Source: Balanoglossus misakiensis (lineage: Eukaryota > Animalia > Hemichordata). From it: DNA of 64,000 nucleotides. The stretch lies in assembly GCA_040954595.2 (NCBI GenBank), contig CM082582.2:12272415-12336414 (forward strand), read 5' to 3'. Numbering within the stretch: position 1 is the stretch's first letter; each line of letters starts with the position of its first letter. Below the pieces are notes generated by a model. It made no database searches, had not been told where the DNA came from, and saw nothing but the letters and a program-made list of their open reading frames with translations. The translations under genes were made by a program, and so were the position numbers. This document shows, in pieces, positions 47,935 to 61,654 of the stretch.

Positions 47935-50627
47935 TTATTGGCTATCACTTTCACCTTTTTCTTCCATGCACTTTTTGATGATTCGGTCGAAACTGCCGAG
48001 GTAGAAGAATGAAATGACACGGAAGAGTCCCATGGATGCAACCTGTAATCAATAAGATCAATATTACTTGGATTAGATGTAAGTAATGTTTGCACACCCG
48101 AAATTACTCACATGCACATAAGACTATCTTGAGCCTTTAAATTCTGAAAACTTGAATGAAAGAATGAATAAATGAATGAATGAACTTACCTGTTTGACAC
48201 CTTCCATCATAGAAGTGACAGGTGAAAATCCACTTGTCAAATTGGCAAGCAGCATCCCGTCCACGCCAACATAACTCAGAAAACGACCAAGCTACGTAGT
48301 ACGATAAGAACAAAATGTCAAAGAGACACCAGTTACATTACAGTTATATTTTGAAAGTTCAACGCACAATGTTTGACTCAGCTTTTTCTTTTCAGAGCCA
48401 AAAATCATGAGGTTACCTTCAACACCAGAGAAGATTATAAATTGAAAGATGCCCCACAAGTAAAGAATACTGGACATCTTGGAGTAAACCACAATGAGGT
48501 GTACTAACCAATGCATCATTGAAGATAACCTGTGCAACATACTCTGGTTGGAATAATCCTGAAGTTTCGGATATGAGATGTGTCTCTCTTGGCTGCAACC
48601 AAAATAAGGACACAGCTGATGAAAGATGAGCAGATGTTTACTACACAGACATTCTCAAATCTCCTAGCAGTAATGCAGTGGGATGAAGCATTTCAACCCA
48701 TCCTTGTGTCCTTGGATTAAATTCAACTGAAGATGGCAAACAGGTGAGTGTCCAGTTTGACATGTAAATACTGTTTACTTTATGCAGGCAACATTGAAAC
48801 TTATATGTAGAAATTAACTTCACTGTACATTGCACTCACTTTGGAGATATTCTCAGCTTGAAATCCCGGGGTATCTGTGTCTGGTGGAAAACTTAATGTA
48901 ATGTAAATGTTGTATGGCTTCACCTGTAAATACATCACAAAGAAGTACAAGTCAGTGACAGTTGTGAAATACTATTCTCACTTTTCTAAAACAAGATATA
49001 CATGGTGTATGTACCTCCATCTGCAAAGCTTCTGCAAAACCTCTGAGAGCAAATTTCGATGCACAATATCCCGTGTATCCATAGAGACCGAGCTGGCCCG
49101 CTTGTGAAGACACATAAACTATCCTTCCCCTCTTCTGTTTCTTCATGTGCGGCAAGACTGCTTTGGTGATGCAGACACTTCCTAGATAGTTGATATCCAT
49201 TAATTTCTGCAAGAATGAATGAATGAATGAATGAGTGAGTGAGTGAATGAATGACAGTGGAAATGAACTAAACCAAACACATTCTATGCGCAACTCCTTA
49301 CCCTGAACTCGTCCAGCTCAGTAGCTTCAAATTCCTTGGCCACTGCAAAGCCGGCACTATTAAGCACCAAGTCACATGGTCCTGCCTCTTCTATGGCCTG
49401 GATTGGACAAAAGGGATCAGAAAATGTACATGTTATCTCCTAAGCATCTATGCTTTTTCAAGTGATAGCTTTAAAAATTCCTGGCATGAAACAAGTATGA
49501 CTTATATATATGGTGCCAGATCTTTGATCCATGTATTGTACTCGTAACCTTGGTGACCAAGATAGTTCTGTGTCTCTGTATTACCGTAGCAACATACCTC
49601 TTTCACAGCTTCTTCAACTGAATGGTAATCTTTGGCAACATCAACAGAGAATGTCAAAACTTTCTGAAAGACAAATATCTTTCCATTACTGTCTGTTGTA
49701 TCCATGCCAGTGTACCAGCCCTACATCTTTATCAAATGACCTTTACTGTGTCGACCTCCTTTGGATGATTTTTATTACTTTATTATTTTGACCTTTTTTA
49801 ACACAAGCTGTAAATGCAATGACCCCCATTCACATGAAACAAACCAACTGTTTTCACACAGACCTCTTGCAGCTTACCTGTATCTCAGGATACTTGAGAT
49901 GTTCCATAATTTCTTTTTTGCATTGTTTCAGTCGTTCCTAATGAGAGAGGGAAAGAGTGATAACATATTTAGATGGTCCAAACTCTTTCATCAAATACTG
50001 GCTTTGTTTCTTTCCACCAATTACCAATCTTTTGAACTTACTTTGTTTCTTGCTAAGACTGTGACATTGGCTCCTCGTTTGACAGCCTCAATAGCGAATG
50101 CTTTGCCAATTCCACTCGATCCTCCTGTTATCTGTAATATGAACAAACATCATGATCTTTCAAAGCAAGGTGTATAAATGTACTGCACAATATAGGTCAC
50201 TTGGAAAGTTTAATGACCCAAGCTAATTTCAAGTGGTGGAAAGTTTGTCGACCTGTTCATTCAAGCAAGCCAACACTACAGAAAAGATTCATCTAAACGT
50301 AATCGGTTTCATGAATGACATCGAATTAAAAGTATAAATCAAAGGGTGGTTAAGATAGAAGCGATAACAATATTGTTAGGTCAATGCTTGGCTGTGAAAA
50401 TCCCGCAATATAAAATAGCTCCAATGTTATGGCGGCTGAAATCGACATACTTCGCGATTGTGTACATAACATCATGGTTGTTGGACGCGCGCGGGTTTAC
50501 TTACTATAACATGTCCCCTGTCGATTTTCAGCACGGTAGGTGTTATAAGCGGTGAAAATACGTAAATGATGAGTATGAACGCAACAAAAATTGCTAAAGC
50601 CACTATTGGATCCACGGTAACTTGCAT
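47935..50627 (-). CDS. KDSR: 3-ketodihydrosphingosine reductase (FVT-1), about 10 exons
   Basis: N-terminal TM ([28 protein letters not shown]). SDR motifs [28 protein letters not shown] and [10 protein letters not shown] are present. C-terminus [21 protein letters not shown]...*. Confidence 0.93.
49213..49253. repeat. (GAAT)n/(GAGT)n microsatellite at a KDSR intron 3' end; a similar run lies at about 48153-48184
   Basis: gaatgaatgaatgaatgaatgagtgagtgagtgaatgaatg. Confidence 0.75.
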
Positions 50628-51010
50628 CTTTCCTCAATCATGCACGCTCCCAACAGCGATCGCGACCGAGTTGTAATGTACATACGTAAACAGGAAACAC
50701 AAAGTTGACCTGACACACCTGCGCAGGAGCTATGACCTTTCACCTGAAATAAGTTCAACAGCTCACAGCTGATCAGAGGCAAGACGCGTGCCTGATCGCG
50801 GTCGTGCCGATTTGGTACTTTTCCATAGAATTTTCGCCGATTCCTTCATTTGATTTTCAGCGCATTTATTGCAAAGCTTGGCCAGAGAAAATTGTCATCG
50901 GTTCGCCATATATATTCATCTTTACCGACGTCGGTGGCCGTCACGTCTCTCTATCGGATAACGGTTAACCGTTGCATTGTGTACATTTCCACGACTTATC
51001 GAGGATAACC
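50628..51010. promoter_or_regulatory. Bidirectional KDSR/PDF promoter (383 bp between ATGs)
   Basis: CpG-rich spacer between divergent ATGs. It has TGACCT nuclear-receptor/ERR-like half-sites at about 50706 and 50733 and an ETS-like CAGGAA. Confidence 0.5.
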
Positions 51011-51953
51011 ATGTTGACACTTACAAGGTACGGACATTTTCGAGCAGCTAGGGGAATTGTTGTCTCCCTATGTAACGAACTGACGAAATCCTCCGCTGCG
51101 CAACCCCTGTCCATGTCAGCTTCATCACAAAGACGCGTCAAGTATCTGACAAGTCGTGAAATCATACAGCAGTCTCTAAGGCGACGCTTCATCCGCTCAT
51201 TGAAGCTGCGGACCAAACTTTGGAAGCCGAAGATGCAAAGCCCGCCGTACGATCACGTTTGCCAGGTAGGAGACCCAGTGTTACGGGGAAAGGCAGCACC
51301 AGTGGACCCGAGCAGTATCGGAACGCGAGATTTCCAAAAAATCTTGGATAGGATGGTGTCTGTGATGAGGCGCGAAGGTGCAGTTGGACTGAGTGCCCCG
51401 CAGATTGGCGTTGGATTTCAAGTCATTGCCATGGAGTACACAAAAACACATATGGACTGGTACCCCCACGAAATCATCGCGCAGAGAGAAATCGAAGAGT
51501 TCCCACTGAAAATTTTCATCAATCCCCGTATGAAAGTCATAGACTACCAGAAAGTGACATTCTCAGAAGGTTGTCAGAGTATCAAGGGATATTCAGCATT
51601 TGTTCCCAGGTTCCACTGTGTTGAAATCACAGGTAAGAAGTCATTTTAATTTAAAGGCATTTTAGCTTTAACACTATATTTGTTCACTGCATTGCTTTGA
51701 TGCGAAATTAAATAGTGAAAAGTGTGTAAATTAAACATTGCACTGTTCATTTCATTTGAAGTCATGTCCAATGTTCTTTTGATTGATTTCAGGTCTAAAT
51801 CGTCAAGGTCAGGTGGACACATGGAGAGCCAAGGGATTTCCAGCGAGAATTATACAACATGAAATGGACCATCTGAATGGGCAGCTCTACATTGATGTCA
51901 TGGACTCTAAAACATTCATTGATGATGACTGGGTCCAGTGGAATTTAGAGTAG
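51011..51953 (+). CDS. PDF: Peptide deformylase, mitochondrial (2 exons: 51011-51632, 51793-51953)
   Basis: Arg/Ser/Leu-rich transit peptide, PPYDHVCQVGDPVLR, motif I GLSAPQIG, motif II EGCQS and motif III QHEMDHLNG. The phase-1 intron is GT-AG. Confidence 0.93.
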
Positions 51954-52962
51954 CAGTGGTTCTGAATCTGTGTGTAATAGAAAGTGGCCTATTCCTGTGG
52001 ACGTATTCATCCTGACTGTGTTTCTTTTCTACTGTTTTAGTGGCTGGTGTCCGTAGAACACTGAACTCTTCAGGTTGTGACATTTTGATCCAGAAGAGAC
52101 TTTTGTGGATGTCTGAGTACATGAACTTTGTTTCATAACGTTTGCATCTATGCAGTGACTACAGTACTATTACGCTGTAAATCAGCTCAGTGGAAAAAAG
52201 GATATGCAGTTGAAACAAAATAATAAAAAATCAGATTTTATTGTTTAGGAACACACATTACAACAGAGTTTCATGTTTGGAGAGATATCTTTAATCAACC
52301 ATTGATGTAGTATACAAGGTGCTGCAATTGTGACATTTTTCTTGCAATATCGTTCCATGTTATGAAAAATAAAATACAAAGAATGCTTTTCTATTATAAT
52401 GCCACTCTTGTCTGTGTCAATATAATGCCATAAGTGATCGAGTGATTTGCTTGGTCACCAGTTTCATGAAACAATAAAGCACATGTGCATCTTTACAATC
52501 AAACTATGAAAATAAAGCCAAAAATAATTTTTGCTGGAATTATTAAGTGTAATCATGGTAGCCACAGTCCGGTATTATTTCAGGTACACGAGGGTGTTGG
52601 TTGGAATGCCGAGACTAATTATCCCAATGTTCTGTTCATTTCAGTTGCAGTCACATATTTTAACACAACTTGTCATTTGTTAAATATATTGCTTTTCGAT
52701 TTTTTCCAGAACTGAATTAGGAGAATTCTATGTTGGGACATCTTCACGGTAGGTGCAACCAGTGTCTCTATTTCAGTACAATGAGGTTGTGAAATGAGAT
52801 CCCAGAAAAATATTTTTCAAACGTGGTTATAAAATGAAGTACTGTATCGTATATGAATACAGTTGGTTTTACATTACACACTGCTATTTCAGTAGTGATA
52901 ATAGCATCAGCAGCTAGCCTAATCCATTGCTATCAAAAAATGTATCTGAAAGTCGTGGTTGC

Positions 52963-55900
52963 TCAGGTAAGTCGAACGTCGTCCTCATCGCCCCAATCGG
53001 TTTGGGTTGTGATATCTTGGTAGCAGGGCTGTCCCTCAGTGATGGTCTTATCTTTGTGCTTTTTGTGAGTCTTCATTGGAGATGCTTTTGCCAAGTTCTC
53101 GGCCTCCTCAATTGTACGCGGCATTATTTTATCCTTCGTTTCTGGCAGAAGTAAAACGGAAACTCCCGCCAGCAGCGAGAAGAATCCGAATATGGTGAAG
53201 GGTATGGCTACATTGTATCGTGCCTGGAAAAGAAAGAGAACCAATGATAGGAGTTCAGGGGGGGGGGGTCTTCTTTTGAGGGATTTCAGGCAAATATCAT
53301 GGAAGTAATGTGTTTATGGTCAACATTCACACATCCAAATTTGGTTTTGATGATGATGGTAATTCTGTTGTCAATGATGGTGGTGGTCATGGCAGCTGAA
53401 TTGAGGTAGACTTACCGCAACTACTGTTAAGGGTGCCACAATGCCCGCTAAGCTTGCACAGAATTCACAGACGCTGAATCCAAAATTTCTGTGTGAAGCA
53501 GAAAAGGTTAAAGTTGTGTGGAAAGTCATCTTCAAATATCACAGCAGAGAGGAATGATAATAGCTATAATGTTATACATGTATAGGCTGTGTTGATAATA
53601 GACATTTCAATACAAGAAGAAACCATACTTGATAAACAAAAAAATGCTGAAAACACGGCAAAAAATAACAGTAGTGGAGCTCACCTGAGCAGAGTAGGGT
53701 ATAACTCCGGGGCCCATACATACACTGTTCCATATCCACCAGTTATAGCAAATTTGCCGAGCAACATAAGGGTTATTTTCATGCCAAGCAAACTTGTGCC
53801 ATCAGCTGCGAATAAAAATAGGATAAATCCTTGCAATATATACACACACAGTTCGCACAGTGACAATGCAGGAAAGCGAGTGTGTGAGATTGCATTTTAT
53901 TTTGTATAAATGATCTATCATCAATATTTAACATGCATGAAAAGGTAGAAATCGTGTTACCTGTGTCTTCTGGAAAGAAAACAAGGCAAATGCATGTCAG
54001 TCCACTGAGTACCAGGAAGATGCAGGATGGCCAACGCCTTCCGCAGCTGAGAAAAGATGGATTATAAGCAGACATATCAATATACCTATGGTACAATGAC
54101 ATCGAAATAGGGCAGGCAAATTAAAACAATCTAAAATTAACGTCCTTGCAGATTTATACAGATATTTGCAAGACAGAGTCATGACCAATACACCCTTTTT
54201 ATAAGTCTAGCGCTTGAACTCAAAGCCAGGCCAATTGGGCAATCTCTTGATGTGATTGGTCAACTTTCCCTATTGGCCTCGCTTTGGTCTCAAATTCACT
54301 AGGTTGCACGAGGGCGCTATACTTATGAAAAAGGTGTATTTTATGTTATCCGTCCAGTTACATTTGTGTAACCAAAATTCTTGTATGAATCACGGTATGA
54401 ATCTAACATCAGTCCACACTTACCGTGCAACGATGGGGATGCACAATGCATAGGCTGGTATTTCCACACAACCAGCAAGGAAGAATAGGGCATATACGCT
54501 CCCTTCAAAATTCATCGTATTGTAAGACAGTCCATAGTAGACTAAACTGCACACAAACCTAGGGGCGTTAAAAAGAAATAGTTGGTAGGTTCTGAAAACA
54601 AGTGAGAAACAGAGATGATGGTGTATAAACAAAAAAATATAAAATGAAAGAGCGGAAAGGCTGTTTACCAGGCAAATCCCATGACAGTGCTGTAGAGCGC
54701 CATCCGTGGTGTACTGACAAGATGGATGCAGCCATAATCGGGGTCGCTGTCAGTGTCATCCGTTTTAGGACTTTCTGTCTTCTCTTTGAGGACTGTCTCT
54801 GTCTTCTCTTTAGAAACCTTTTCGTTTGGATCTGTTGTGTGATTCACATTGACAGCGTCTCCATTCTCTGTCTTCTCTTTGGAAACCTTTTCGTTTGGAT
54901 CTGTTGTGTGATTCACATTGACAGCGTCTCCATTCACAGTTATTTCTTTGCAAAAGAGGTCTTCTGAAAGTTGGACACCGTTTATCTTAGCCGCCTTTTT
55001 AAGAATTGTATGTACTGAGTCATTACGCCCCTTTGATAAAAGCCATCGCATTGATTCAGGTATCACCCTAGTAAGAGGCAAAATGAAATAGAACGTCCAA
55101 ATTATTCAACGTGGCAAACACTGTTTCTGATGTCATCCCGTCCGTCCATCCATCCATCCATCCATCCATCCATCCATCCATCCATCCATCCATCCACCCG
55201 ACAATAAATCGATTCTCACTCTTATACAGTGCCATAGTAATGCTGATGGTGATCATGATAACGCCTATGAAATCCCAGTGCATGTATAATGCCCGTCGGC
55301 AGGTATCAACCTACCAGTAATAGTAGAAAGTCAGCAGGGCTGGGGCCGAGATAATAATCTGGAACGCCCTCCAGTGTTGAAAGAGGTAACCAATCACAGC
55401 CAACAGCATCATCCCCAATGCCCACATGATGCAGCTGATAAAACCTGCATAGATACGTTTACTCGGCGTGTACAGCTCAGTGGACAGAATGAACTGCGTT
55501 ATCAGAGTACCCTGAAATGTTTATTTGTTAAATGATTAATGTTAACTTCACAGAATACAGAAACTTGGTGACGTTTGACATAAACTGTAATGGATTGGCC
55601 AACTAATGAAAATCCTCTGATGATAAAATGCCGAATGTTGAACAGTTTTGTCACTGAAGAGGTGGTCATTTTTCTGCGAGGTTAAGTTAAAATTCAGGGA
55701 GTGGGAGTGTTGAGATTATTAATAATTAACAATATATGTAATAAAGATAATCCAAATGTGTCATTCCCATTCAATGTGGGGATGAATAATTGTCTGTTTT
55801 TGCAAAGCAAAGACACGGACCCCAGCAGTAATAGTACCGGGGGGTATACGCACGTGCTTTTCATGACTATGAACCACCGTCTTTTGGCCTTTCCACCAAG

Positions 55901-56883
55901 TAGCGGGGTGTCATGACATGTCAACCGAACTTGTTTAATGTTATACGAATGTTGATATAAAAATATAAAAAATAAAATCAAACGATTGCTAGATTGCTTG
56001 ATTGAAAAATTGACTTAAAATTGGTTATACCGGTTGCATAAGTCCAACGAAGAACTTCATGATGCAATATCCAATAAATGTCTGTGTGAAGGCCGTCAAT
56101 GTACCAAATACTCCCAGCGACCATAAGCATACCAAGAAGAGAGTCTTCCTACCAAACTTGTCAGAGAGATAGCCTGCTACGAGAGCGCCGATCATAACAC
56201 CGATCATGTAGATGGACTGAGAAACTTGTGATAGTGCCGCTTGGTCACATACCAAGTCCCACTGAAAGAGAGATGGGGAGGGAGAGAGAAAGGGGAGGGG
56301 GAGAGTGGGGGAGAGATTGAGGGATAGAGAGAAAGGGGAGAGAGGGGAGGCAGGGAAAGGAGAGAGAGAGAGGAAGGGGGTACAGAGAGAGGGTAGAGGG
56401 AGGATAGAGAGTGAGAGAGACAGAGATATAGAGACGTAGGAGACAAAAATAACCACGTAAAGTTTGTATCAATTAGGACTCAAGTTCTTTCGAGTTGATA
56501 ACTACAGACTTAATTCAAATTCTAAATCAGTTGTTTAAATGTCTGTATACCTCTGTCACGATGGTTTCTTCGAACTCTGCCACATAGTCGTATCCATCTG
56601 TACAAGCTGTGGTTGTGTTATCCACAGTTGAATTGACGTACATGTAACAGCTGTCATAGACAGGATCTCCATTCTCATCATACTCTTCCACAGGAATGCT
56701 TTCGTTTTTGAGAGCTCCATCCTCCAGGCTGCAGGTGTACGAATCTGGCCAGGCAGCGGTGAAAACAGTGGCCATAATTTGCCACACCACGAAGAAATTT
56801 CCAGGGACACTGACCAGATAAAACACAACATTTTGGTAGAGACCAAAATCGCCAATTTCTGACAGGACTTCGTCCAAATCCAT
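52963..56883 (-). CDS. SLC22 organic cation/anion transporter-like protein, about 9 exons
   Basis: [22 protein letters not shown]|[39 protein letters not shown] and LLPETK are SLC22/MFS signatures. The junction phases I checked are consistent. Confidence 0.92.
54797..54934 (-). repeat. In-frame 69-bp tandem duplication in an SLC22 coding exon (2 copies, 1 mismatch)
   Basis: Copies at 54797-54865 and 54866-54934 encode [23 protein letters not shown] twice. Confidence 0.95.
55141..55198. repeat. (CCAT)n microsatellite in an SLC22 intron
   Basis: About 12 tandem CCAT units. Confidence 0.9.
56264..56440. repeat. Polypurine (GA-rich) low-complexity tract, forming an extended polypyrimidine tract of SLC22 intron 1
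   Basis: Almost exclusively G/A on the plus strand for about 175 bp, directly before the acceptor at 56262. Confidence 0.85.
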
Positions 56884-59737
56884 TCTTGTTAAATTGTAGA
56901 GGTGAAATTGTCCAGTTTGTATCTGTATCAGCACATCTTTTTCGAGTCGCAATTTAAAATGTCTAAAAGCAACACCCTGTAGATTGCCACTGCAGGGTTT
57001 GTGAGGAGAAATGGGTCAACAATTGGATCTGTAGCGATTGGCCAATTTTTATTGACCTTCGGTTGAATAGCCCCAAACCAGTTCACAGTCCGATGCTTGA
57101 GGAATCACTGATGACAACGTATGACCCACCAATGTATGCGTGCAATGCAAAAACAAATTATATTTTACTTAAATATCTAGGCATTTAAAATATTTTTATG
57201 ATTTAAACAATTTGGTTTTAATATTATTTTAACCAGTCATACAAGGGCAAACGCACATTTGTAAACGAAACTGTACTAATGTTAGTAATATACTACTGAC
57301 TGATGCGACGGCGTGGAACCTACCCATCATTGTGTCAACGGTCAAGCTCCAACATGTGTAAAATACGATTGCATTGATAAAGGCCCGATAACCTTGTTAA
57401 ACATTACCTGTGAATTGTGTATCACCATGTCTATGTTTTGGTAGATGAGACAGCCGCACATCATTTACAACCAGTCTTTTTTAGTTGAACAAACTTTGGC
57501 AAGTAGCTCGGAAACAGAATGATAATGTAGCCGTTGTTGACCTCTGACATGAAGTAAAACTGTGATTCGATTGCATGTACATCTCTACTGTCTGTGGTAA
57601 AACTCGCATGGAAAAGATGCCAAGGGAAAAGAGTTTCCTTTCTTTCTAACGTCTTCTGAGAAGAGACTTACTTTCTTTTGCGTAAATTTATTTTCTGGTC
57701 CAAAAATAGCATTAAAGTAGACAGAGAATAAATTGACTGACTTGATAAATATTTAAATGGAAAACAGAGGCTTTCCACCACATAAGCATTCAGTGTTCAC
57801 AAAAATTAACGGAGGACCCGGGGTTTGAAAATTGCCACTTTAAAGCATGTCAGTTTGCCCTAGAATCCGGTTCCTTATATCGCTCAAATCAAACACAAAG
57901 AGTTAATTAACCGCGAAATTGCGAAATTATAGGTAAACCTTTTGATAGTCAAAATGCATTAAATTCCGAGAGGTAGTACATGGAGCAAGCACGTAGGCAA
58001 TACGGAAAGTTGCACGTACATTGCTTTTGACTGAGTTGAATGACTTTTCGAGCTGTACATGCGCATGTATAATTTCATTCAAAACTGTACTTTGTCTTTA
58101 CAATATATTGTTCAATTATTTCTTCCCTTGATAGTAATTTATCTGGTAATTATTGACTTTCAGTTTCACTTCCGCTTTAATTATTCTAATACAATGAATG
58201 TGGTTGTCTTTGTTGTACTTTTATCTCTGAAAGTGTAACTGAAATCCTTGATAAGATCAAATTGCACGTGCGTGTGTTTTTTGCGGCTGCCAAGAAACCT
58301 GTGACACGACGCATTAATAATTGAGGCAACAGCAGCATATGTGTTCCGCAAACAGGAAAATAATATCATTACTTATGTCAATTATTTCTGATATGGACTT
58401 ATTATATGCAATAAAACACGCGGAAGCCACAAAAGTAGTCTTATTATAAGCAAAACTGATCTAAAGTAGCTGCTTTCAAAATAAAGGTGATGACTACTAC
58501 ATGTACTGACAACTCGTTGGCATAGAAACAAGTGTTCTCTTCTTAAGTCCTCCATGATGGGTTCGGTCACCTATTATTTTCTAACCTTGGATTTGAAATT
58601 AATGTTGTAGTTCTCTTTCATTCCAATCATCAAACGTCGTCAACAGCGATAACAGGCAGAGCCTCCATACAAGCAACCTGTCATAATTTTTATCAAGGGA
58701 CTTAATAAGGCGAGAATCACATTGCGATTGATCGTTTTCTATAGAAAACCACGGGGCTACGTCATACATGTGTGTTACCAGATACAGCTGTTTTATCGAA
58801 TTCATTTCATTTATTTCACATTTTGTAAAAGATGACATGAGCTATGTTATATCTTTTTCTGTGAAATTAATGTAAAACATTTTTACATACACATTTGTGT
58901 GATTTAATTTGATTTGCACTTCTGATTTTCTTTCTCAGACAGTTTGTCCCAGCAAAAAAAATACAGGACTCGATTAAAACCTCAAAGTGGATCGATATCT
59001 CAGTTATTGCCAGTCCGAATTGTCGTTTGGTGGAACGTGCTTAAAACAGAGAACGTTGTGTAGTTTGCGAATAAATGAGATTTGACGAAAGCTCCGGGCG
59101 TAGCAAAGAAACACCTGGGACCAATTACATACGACATGCACCATTGTCGATCGACCCCCATGTAGGATGACTTTAGGCGTTCTTTTCAAAACATGTTCAA
59201 AGTGGCCAAATTACAACTAAGGGTCGGGAAATCAAATCTCTACATTGTAGTACCACAATTACTATGTGTTCCTCGACTGTTTTTCTGTAGAGTTGTGCTG
59301 ATGTTGACGAATTTCAAACTCACATTCACCTGGCGTCTTGCAGTGAATGACGTCGAGCAAGTGCGCTTGATGTTACATACGAGAATATAACTAATAATAG
59401 ATGTGTCCCACGAAAGGCAGTTATTGGAAGAACGCATCTGTATATGCAAAAGAATTGTCACACTATAATACATGTAGTAAACTGATAATGTGACTCTATT
59501 GAGATTATATGTTTGGCATTTCCCAGAAAAAATACACCGACGATAGTTTAACAAACAAAATAAATGTTGTGAAGTATAAATTGTAAACGAAATCCCTCAA
59601 ACAGGCTAATAATCTACTCAACAAATTATTCATATGATAGCTGCTTGCAACTTTGACGGGGCATATTGAAGGATAAGCAATTCATTGAGCATTACCAATG
59701 CACAATCATTATTCCAATCAATCAAAATACTACAGCT

Positions 59738-60225
59738 TCACACATGTGAAGTGTAAATTGGTTTCTGACTCTTGACTTGATTGACGTCATCGTTATCTGA
59801 GCCAGTCTTTGTTTGTCCTTTGTCGCTTTTGGAAGAAGTCCATTTTGTGATGGTGAACGAGAAGTCAGCCTTGGTAATCGTTGCATTCGAGGCATCGTGT
59901 TCGGCAACAGATGTCGAACACACCCTGTTCTTCGCAGGAAGGCAGGGGAAAACAGTCAGAAGGATCCTGCTGACAACACTCCTTCTAACCGTGTCTCCCT
60001 CGGGTCTTTTAGACGACAGGGCGAATATTAGAATACTGATAACCAGTTCTTCCAGTCTCTGCAGAGTCTGGAAGACCCACCAGGGCCAGGCAGCGACGAA
60101 TTCCACATTCGAGTACACCCCGAAAACACCAACAGCGCCGTAGAGATGTGTCAAACTGGTTATTAAACTGATAGTTGCACAGCCACTCACCAGTTTTACG
60201 AGACGGGTACCGCGATTATCCGATC
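59738..60225 (-). CDS. Terminal coding exon of a proline-rich transmembrane protein 3/4 (PRRT3/PRRT4)-like membrane protein; upstream exons not identified in the window
   Basis: TTTCGTCAG acceptor at 60226. The exon encodes two TM helices with LYGAVGVFGV and WPWWVFQTLQRLEE, resembling the PRRT3/4 C-terminal TM motif, then a polar tail. Confidence 0.65.
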
Positions 60226-61654
60226 CTGACGAAATAAAAAAAGATACGTTATGATAGAAGAATTGCCATACTGTAGGACATAAGTATAACGCATCAAGTA
60301 CGAATTTTGCAAGTGCGTATATATACCACATAATGTAACTGTCAAGTTGCCATTAACATGATGAAATTGATATATCAATTTTCTGTGAAATTCATTAGCT
60401 TGCACTGACGGTAATTTAATTTTCGCGCAGAGTGTTGTTGGCGCTCCCAAAGATCATGTCATCCACCATAAAACATTAAAAGCCCATATTTGTTGACATG
60501 GGCATTTCTATAGATACAAGTTATAGAGCTTTTGTGCTTGGGGGCTCTGGGACTGTACTGAACAGTTTTCATTTAATCAACAACAACATCAGATCGCAAC
60601 AACAGACAGTTAAATATATACTGGTTCAATTGAGTTGACTCTGTCGACGAGACAAATAAACAAGAATGCAAAGCTCAATACAACATCACTTAAAACTGGT
60701 GAAGTGAGATGAAGTATTAAACAAGATTGAAATACTTATTTGAGTTGCACTTATAGACGTGTCAAATCACATACGCGTCGAACATTAATGCAGTATTCTG
60801 AAGTCATTCGACTTTGTTGACAGGTCATTTGTATTCATGGGACTAAACCAACCAACATTGCTCCAGATTACTTCTGATATAGTGGCGTGGTCGCCCAGAA
60901 CTCGAAGCTGTCACGTTAATCATATCACAATCACGCCTGCCCTTGATGAATCCAAGCAACTGGAGCGACCTTTCAACGGTTTCATAAGTACAGCGAGAAA
61001 AATTCAACGGCACAATTAATTCGTTGTGAAAAACATTCCAAGTGTAGAATGAAACGGATATGGCAGATATGGCAGTACATATAAAGCTTTGTGTCAGTAG
61101 CCTTCCACTCACTACCTGCACTTTATTCGCAATTTTCTCGGTCTATGCTGGACAGCCTGGCACGTACATGTATAGTGCACTTTAATATTATTATTTTCGA
61201 AGTCCTTGAGTCTAAATTTGTGTGTTGGAGAGCAATAGCATCTCCTTATGGCGGTGCTGTACTGCCTTTGTATAAAACGTGCTGATGAAATACTGTGTAC
61301 TTTTAAGTCTAAACGATCAGCCCCAGTTTTTTCTATTCGTTTAATCTGGGTTAATTTGAACATTTCATTTCCAACCCCTCTGCCGAGTTGAGACACATTC
61401 AGAACATTTTAACGAAGTCGCTACCATAATCAAATTGGAGCACGCGAAGTGATTAAGGTTCACTGTTACATTGCCAAAGCGAATCTATTGTTACAATATC
61501 AATTTGATGAATGCATGTTTAGAATGAAACTCTATCAATCCTCTTTACAGGAAGTTAAAGAATGAAATTAGAAGTGAAAGCTTTGGGCTCTGAATTTCTT
61601 TTCCAACTGAAGAACATTAGGTAAGTTCTAGATTTTCTTTTGTTTGGTTAAGTA

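Noticed and set aside
55068-55320. ORFs with GWMD/PSIH repeats, and L/S/P-rich ORFs at 56204-56472
   Set aside because: They are translations of the (CCAT)n microsatellite and the GA-rich intronic tract.
56974-57000. ACCCTGTAGAT matching the 5' half of miR-10 in a small hairpin
   Set aside because: The 3' half does not match miR-10 and the stem is only about 9 bp, too short for a pre-miRNA.
61112-61396. 94-aa minus-strand ORF with CxC...CxC, superficially cystine-knot-like
   Set aside because: No signal peptide, incomplete cysteine pattern and no supported exon boundaries.
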